In this document: positions 60,098-64,000 of the stretch, piece after piece
Layout: each line of letters begins with the position of its first letter
Position numbering within the stretch: position 1 is the first letter of the stretch
NCBI GenBank assembly: GCA_965198005.1
Contig: CBDAOI010000003.1
Coordinates: forward strand, 576,001-640,000
Length of the DNA stretch: 64,000 nucleotides
Direction: 5' to 3'
Source of the DNA: Spirochaetia bacterium
GTDB taxonomy: Bacteria; Spirochaetota; Spirochaetia; SZUA-6; Bin103
The notes under the pieces: generated by a model
Seen by the model: the letters and a program-made list of their open reading frames with translations, nothing else
Database searches by the model: none
Told to the model about the DNA's origin: nothing
Program-made: the position numbers and the translations under genes

Positions 60098-63000
60098 CTA
60101 CTGCGGTCCGCGTCGTGCAACGAGCTCACTCAGACCGGTTTGGAGATCGCCGGGAAGATCGCGCTGAAGGAGCCTGTCTATGAGTTCCTTACCCTTGTAC
60201 CAATTCCTGTACTTCTCGCACGTGCCCAAGTAAATCAACAACTCTGCGACGGACTCAGGATAGGCTGTCGGAAGCTCAGACTCATTCAGTGTGAACACCA
60301 TATTGTGTCCGGCTTCCGGTCTCATGTCTTCCGTCGACACACGAATCGCAACATCAACCGCCTCGGGGAATACACCTTGCAGTAAAGGAAGCCATCGCAA
60401 CATGTGCCAGGTCTCTCGAGGTTGCAGACTGTCCGGGAGCCCCTTCACACGGTTCTGCCAGTACGACTTTAGCCATCGCTGCCACATATCCGCTTGCTGT
60501 GCCTCGTTCATGTTCTCCAGACGCTCATGCACACTCCAAACGAATGTAAGCCGCTCGTCTTCGTCCGCCCATTTTAGCAGCTTCGGAATCCATGTCCCGA
60601 CAGGATCGCCAGCGAAAAATGAGAGCATGAACGTGTAACACTCGATGAAGCTCTCGCGTCTGGAAGCAGGTTCTTCAGCCATCCGCACGACGGCATCAAG
60701 AAACGGAATTTTCATGATCTCGGACACGGTAGCGTTGATGGTTCCACTCAATATGCCATCCCATATCGCTGTATAGTCCGCACGGTTGGCACAGTTCGGG
60801 TAATCGTAGAACAATGGCAGGAGGTTATCCTTGGCCCACGCTTCGTCAATAGCCAAGAGCATCGACAAGTGACGTGCGAGGACACAACGCCCAAGTCTAC
60901 CAACTGCTGTGCCGTCGTGTACGATACGCAAGAACCGTGTCTTGTATGGCTCTACGTCCGCAGCTTGGTGTTCCCTCCGATTGTTCCGGAATGCTAAGCT
61001 ATCGATCCAGAACTGTACCAGAACGCCAGCCGGATGACCCCACGCCTTGATCAACCAGTCATCGCATTCTTCGGGAATGTCTTGTCCGTCGACGGATCTC
61101 CACAAGTCGACGGCTACGGTGTCCGCCGCTTCGATCAAACCGTCTGAGTTGGACAAATCGGCATTGCGTACCAGTGCTTGGAGAGCTTCAGCAATCGGAA
61201 GCGCATGGTTCTCGTGCAGATCTTCGCGCCGTAGAATCCGAAGAGTCCGATGGTACTGGCTTCTTTCGAGTTTCGTGGTTGACCAACTGCGCAAGATAAC
61301 AGACCACAGATCGGCTTCCCATCTTTCTCTCCGGAGCAAGTCCTCGGCGAGATCAAGTGCCCAGTCGATGCACCGAGCTGCTGCCCGGGCAACCGCATCG
61401 AGAAGCCGCTGCCGTTTGGGTTTGAGGGGATCGGAAGGCTGGTACGCCAACAGCCTGTCAGTCCAATCACAAGCCGGTTGTGCAACCAGCTCCTCGGGCT
61501 CCCAGGGGAAGATGGGGCTGGTATCTCTTAACGAAGTCCTGCGGTCGACGTCAGGAAACTCCCTCTCGTTGAAATCTGGATACTGCTGCCGCAGACTCTG
61601 CAGAGCTTCCCTGAGCAAGCAGCACGCCGGGGCGACGTCCAACAGCCACTCCAGCCAGGAAAATCGGTGACTGACCGTCAGAGTATCGCTGTCCTCGTTC
61701 TGGGCTCCGGGCCATCGATAGTCGAGAATGTCCTTGATTACTGCCCGACGGCGACTCTCGCCGACGGCAGGATAGGCAATCTTCAATGCACGGATTCGTT
61801 CGTGACGCGCCGACCAGTCGTACTGGCTCGAACGTTGCAAAAGCCAATCGATTGTTTCTTCAGGTGCCAGGCCGCGGGCAATCACGCCGTGTATCGCCAA
61901 CCGGCGAAGAATCGGCGCTTGCGCTTCGGCAAGCCGGTCGCACCATTGAGCTGCTGCGCCCGGATGGTGCGATGCGAGCCATTCCAGACAGTCCCTTGCC
62001 GCGTCGATCAGGACGTTACCTACTTCAAGCCTCCGCGAATATGGCGTATTGTTGTCCGACTCAATAGCGAACCTGCTCATGCTCAACGGATCCCGATCGG
62101 GGGAGGCGGCGTCCCAAGTGGAGAGAGTGCGGAATTGCGCATCAAGATTCGCCACAACGTACGCGATCAGCCGGCCGGCTATCTGTCCAAGATTCGGCTG
62201 CAATCCCTTCTTCCATATATGCTCAGCCGTGTAGCGGTAGTCGTCGCTTGCCGCGTCCAACTCGGCGTGGATTGTAGGAACCGGTTCGCTCTCTGCATCA
62301 CCAAACAACCCGGTGGAGAATCGACTCAACCGTAGTGTCACCGTCGTCACGTGCTCGAATATGACGATGAGACTGTCGATCGCCTTGCGCTCGACACAGC
62401 GATCGGCCAGATACTGGAGGGTATGGTCAGGAGCCGGAGACGGGGCTGTGGCCAGCAACACGGACACCCAGCGCGACAGAGTCTCCTGGTCTGGTATGGT
62501 CGAGCCGGGGATTCCCACGGCGTACGCCAACGCTTGCCAGAACTCCGGGTGGACGTGCATGCCGTGACGGCCGATTACGCGCCACACCTCCTCGGGATGG
62601 TCGCAAGCGAATTCTTTGGCCAGCCATTTGGCCAGTTCACGCTCCGGCTCTGTAAGCTCGGCCCGCCCCCGAAACAGGTTGAGCAGGTGCTCACCCCTGT
62701 CGAGCCAGCCGATCCAAGCAGGATCCTTGGCGCTGGCCGTGAAGAAGCGCGTCAAGACCTGATCCGAAAACGCCTCGGTGAGCACCTCTCCGTCGTAATC
62801 GTCAATTGAAGGAGTCCTCTTGGCGATCTCTCTGATCAGATGCTGCCAGTCGAGGACACGACGCGACCTGTATTTGGCCAGCTCCCGAATGCCCACGTAC
62901 AGGGTACCATAGTCCGACTTGGGAAACGGGATCGGCGCGATTCCGAGACGATTCCATCGCCCGTCCTCAGCTTCGTCCGTGAGCACAAAGCGCTGAGCGT

Positions 63001-63643
63001 CGCCTGTAGGTAGCGCCCGCGCCAGATAGTTCATCACAAGGTCGCTGTGGCTGTAGCCGACGAACAGTACCGTGAACGATCGGAACAGATCGACCAGAAA
63101 TAGTCGCGCCCATCCCTCGGTCAGATACGCGCGCCCGAAGTCTGTGTCAGTCAGTACCATGGTGTCAGGTCGATCGAGAGCGCCGTGCACATGGACGATG
63201 CCGTTGAACTCCCTTCCCAACGGCAACGCCGGTGCCTTGAACACTTCAGGCTTCGAGTCGGCAGCGCTCTCCTCTGCGGCCTGTTCGAATAAGAGATCGA
63301 AATTGGTCGTGACGATGCGCGTGGAAGTTCCGCGCGGAAAGAGCCGCAGCAAATCCCGGTGTAACTCGGTTGGGCGTGGACAACGTTTGTTGAGTTGCTC
63401 GGCGGCGCGCTGGTGCACATGTACGCCCTTGTCCGTCTTGAGACGGCCGAGAAAGCGATCTTCCGGCTCGTCGTCCCCGAGAACTTCTCCGGTACCCTGA
63501 GAGACTTCCTTGGCCAGCGTCTTGAAACTCGGCAGGCACGCAGGATCTCCCATCGAGACGCCGGCTCCGGCAAATACGGCCAACTCGTCATTGCGGAGTG
63601 CCTTCAAGAGTGCGGAGGGGAAGTCGACACCTGCCAGCTTCAT
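60098..63643 (-). CDS. SIR2-like NADase with long helical region and DUF4020-like C-terminus (DSR1-like defence protein)
   Basis: FAGAGVSM, TTNFD, HVHG, FGRAYL, LFVGYSH.D. C-terminal W..WL..YW.NR..G.P. Confidence 0.85.
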   Translation of the reverse strand: MKLAGVDFPSALLKALRNDELAVFAGAGVSMGDPACLPSFKTLAKEVSQGTGEVLGDDEPEDRFLGRLKTDKGVHVHQRAAEQLNKRCPRPTELHRDLLRLFPRGTSTRIVTTNFDLLFEQAAEESAADSKPEVFKAPALPLGREFNGIVHVHGALDRPDTMVLTDTDFGRAYLTEGWARLFLVDLFRSFTVLFVGYSHSDLVMNYLARALPTGDAQRFVLTDEAEDGRWNRLGIAPIPFPKSDYGTLYVGIRELAKYRSRRVLDWQHLIREIAKRTPSIDDYDGEVLTEAFSDQVLTRFFTASAKDPAWIGWLDRGEHLLNLFRGRAELTEPERELAKWLAKEFACDHPEEVWRVIGRHGMHVHPEFWQALAYAVGIPGSTIPDQETLSRWVSVLLATAPSPAPDHTLQYLADRCVERKAIDSLIVIFEHVTTVTLRLSRFSTGLFGDAESEPVPTIHAELDAASDDYRYTAEHIWKKGLQPNLGQIAGRLIAYVVANLDAQFRTLSTWDAASPDRDPLSMSRFAIESDNNTPYSRRLEVGNVLIDAARDCLEWLASHHPGAAAQWCDRLAEAQAPILRRLAIHGVIARGLAPEETIDWLLQRSSQYDWSARHERIRALKIAYPAVGESRRRAVIKDILDYRWPGAQNEDSDTLTVSHRFSWLEWLLDVAPACCLLREALQSLRQQYPDFNEREFPDVDRRTSLRDTSPIFPWEPEELVAQPACDWTDRLLAYQPSDPLKPKRQRLLDAVARAAARCIDWALDLAEDLLRRERWEADLWSVILRSWSTTKLERSQYHRTLRILRREDLHENHALPIAEALQALVRNADLSNSDGLIEAADTVAVDLWRSVDGQDIPEECDDWLIKAWGHPAGVLVQFWIDSLAFRNNRREHQAADVEPYKTRFLRIVHDGTAVGRLGRCVLARHLSMLLAIDEAWAKDNLLPLFYDYPNCANRADYTAIWDGILSGTINATVSEIMKIPFLDAVVRMAEEPASRRESFIECYTFMLSFFAGDPVGTWIPKLLKWADEDERLTFVWSVHERLENMNEAQQADMWQRWLKSYWQNRVKGLPDSLQPRETWHMLRWLPLLQGVFPEAVDVAIRVSTEDMRPEAGHNMVFTLNESELPTAYPESVAELLIYLGTCEKYRNWYKGKELIDRLLQRDLPGDLQTGLSELVARRGPQ

Positions 63644-63685
63644 TCGGGAATCAGACCGCCCGTAGTTCCGAATACTCGATCGGCG

Positions 63686-64000
63686 TCATCGGCGCCCTTC
63701 GGCAAGGAGCAGCTCTCCGAGCGTCCTCCGCAGCCACTGTCCCGTGTAAGGGAGCCTCAAGGAGTTTCGTGGGCGGTGGCCTGTGTCCGAGAGCAGCCGC
63801 TCCAGGGACACGAGCCGCTCCCGAAACCCGAGGCGAATGCCGCAGCGAAGACTCGCTCGATCGGGTCCGCACAATACCCAGGCGTCATTCCGACTCAGGG
63901 CGTGAGCCCACAGCGATTCCTCGCCCCTGTCCAGCGCGATCTCCTGCTCGCGCAGAGCCATCTCCGCGCGCTCCAGATCGCTGACGGTGTGAACCCCGCT
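63686..64000 (-). CDS. C-terminal part of a PIN-like protein (runs off the right edge)
   Basis: LDRGEESLWAHA...LCGPDRASLR...LVSLE. Confidence 0.55.
   Translation of the reverse strand, partial: SGVHTVSDLERAEMALREQEIALDRGEESLWAHALSRNDAWVLCGPDRASLRCGIRLGFRERLVSLERLLSDTGHRPRNSLRLPYTGQWLRRTLGELLLAEGRR

Noticed and set aside
1-64000. CRISPR array, tRNA or rRNA genes
   Set aside because: No regularly spaced repeats or cloverleafs were seen. The 16S-tail-like 11-mer at 50069-50079 is isolated and not part of an rRNA gene.

Overview
High-GC bacterial window. Roughly 1-44.9 kb is a defence island and 45-59.9 kb is an ordinary metabolic block (gap, glpK-glpD, NDT, GT2, nitrilase, VOC, vapBC, fluC, SDR, ABC-class ATPase). 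A second defence patch begins at about 60 kb (SIR2-DUF4020, DSR1-like). The main island holds: (i) a translationally coupled six-gene operon of YprA/DUF1998 helicase, SNF2 helicase, N6-adenine methyltransferase, PtuA-like ATPase, PtuB-like HNH and a second HNH; (ii) a DUF4062-NACHT-like NTPase; (iii) a tandem pair of DUF5677-like genes; (iv) a compact bacterial ubiquitin-like conjugation operon (Ubl ending GG, cysteine-less E2, JAB-E1 fusion) with a divergent XRE regulator, followed by a small ORF and a papain/C39-like peptidase; (v) GmrSD-DUF4268; (vi) duplicated Uma2 nucleases, an ankyrin protein and several toxin-antitoxin modules. Between the intact genes lies a dense patchwork of 60-600 bp gene fragments (ankyrin, dppC, sulfatase, tauD, hsdR, IS66, group II intron, DUF1016). 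Several long genes carry single-base deletions that may be assembly errors. A candidate ~110-nt sRNA with an anti-Shine-Dalgarno loop lies downstream of glpD. All family calls come from motif recognition by eye; no database searches were run.
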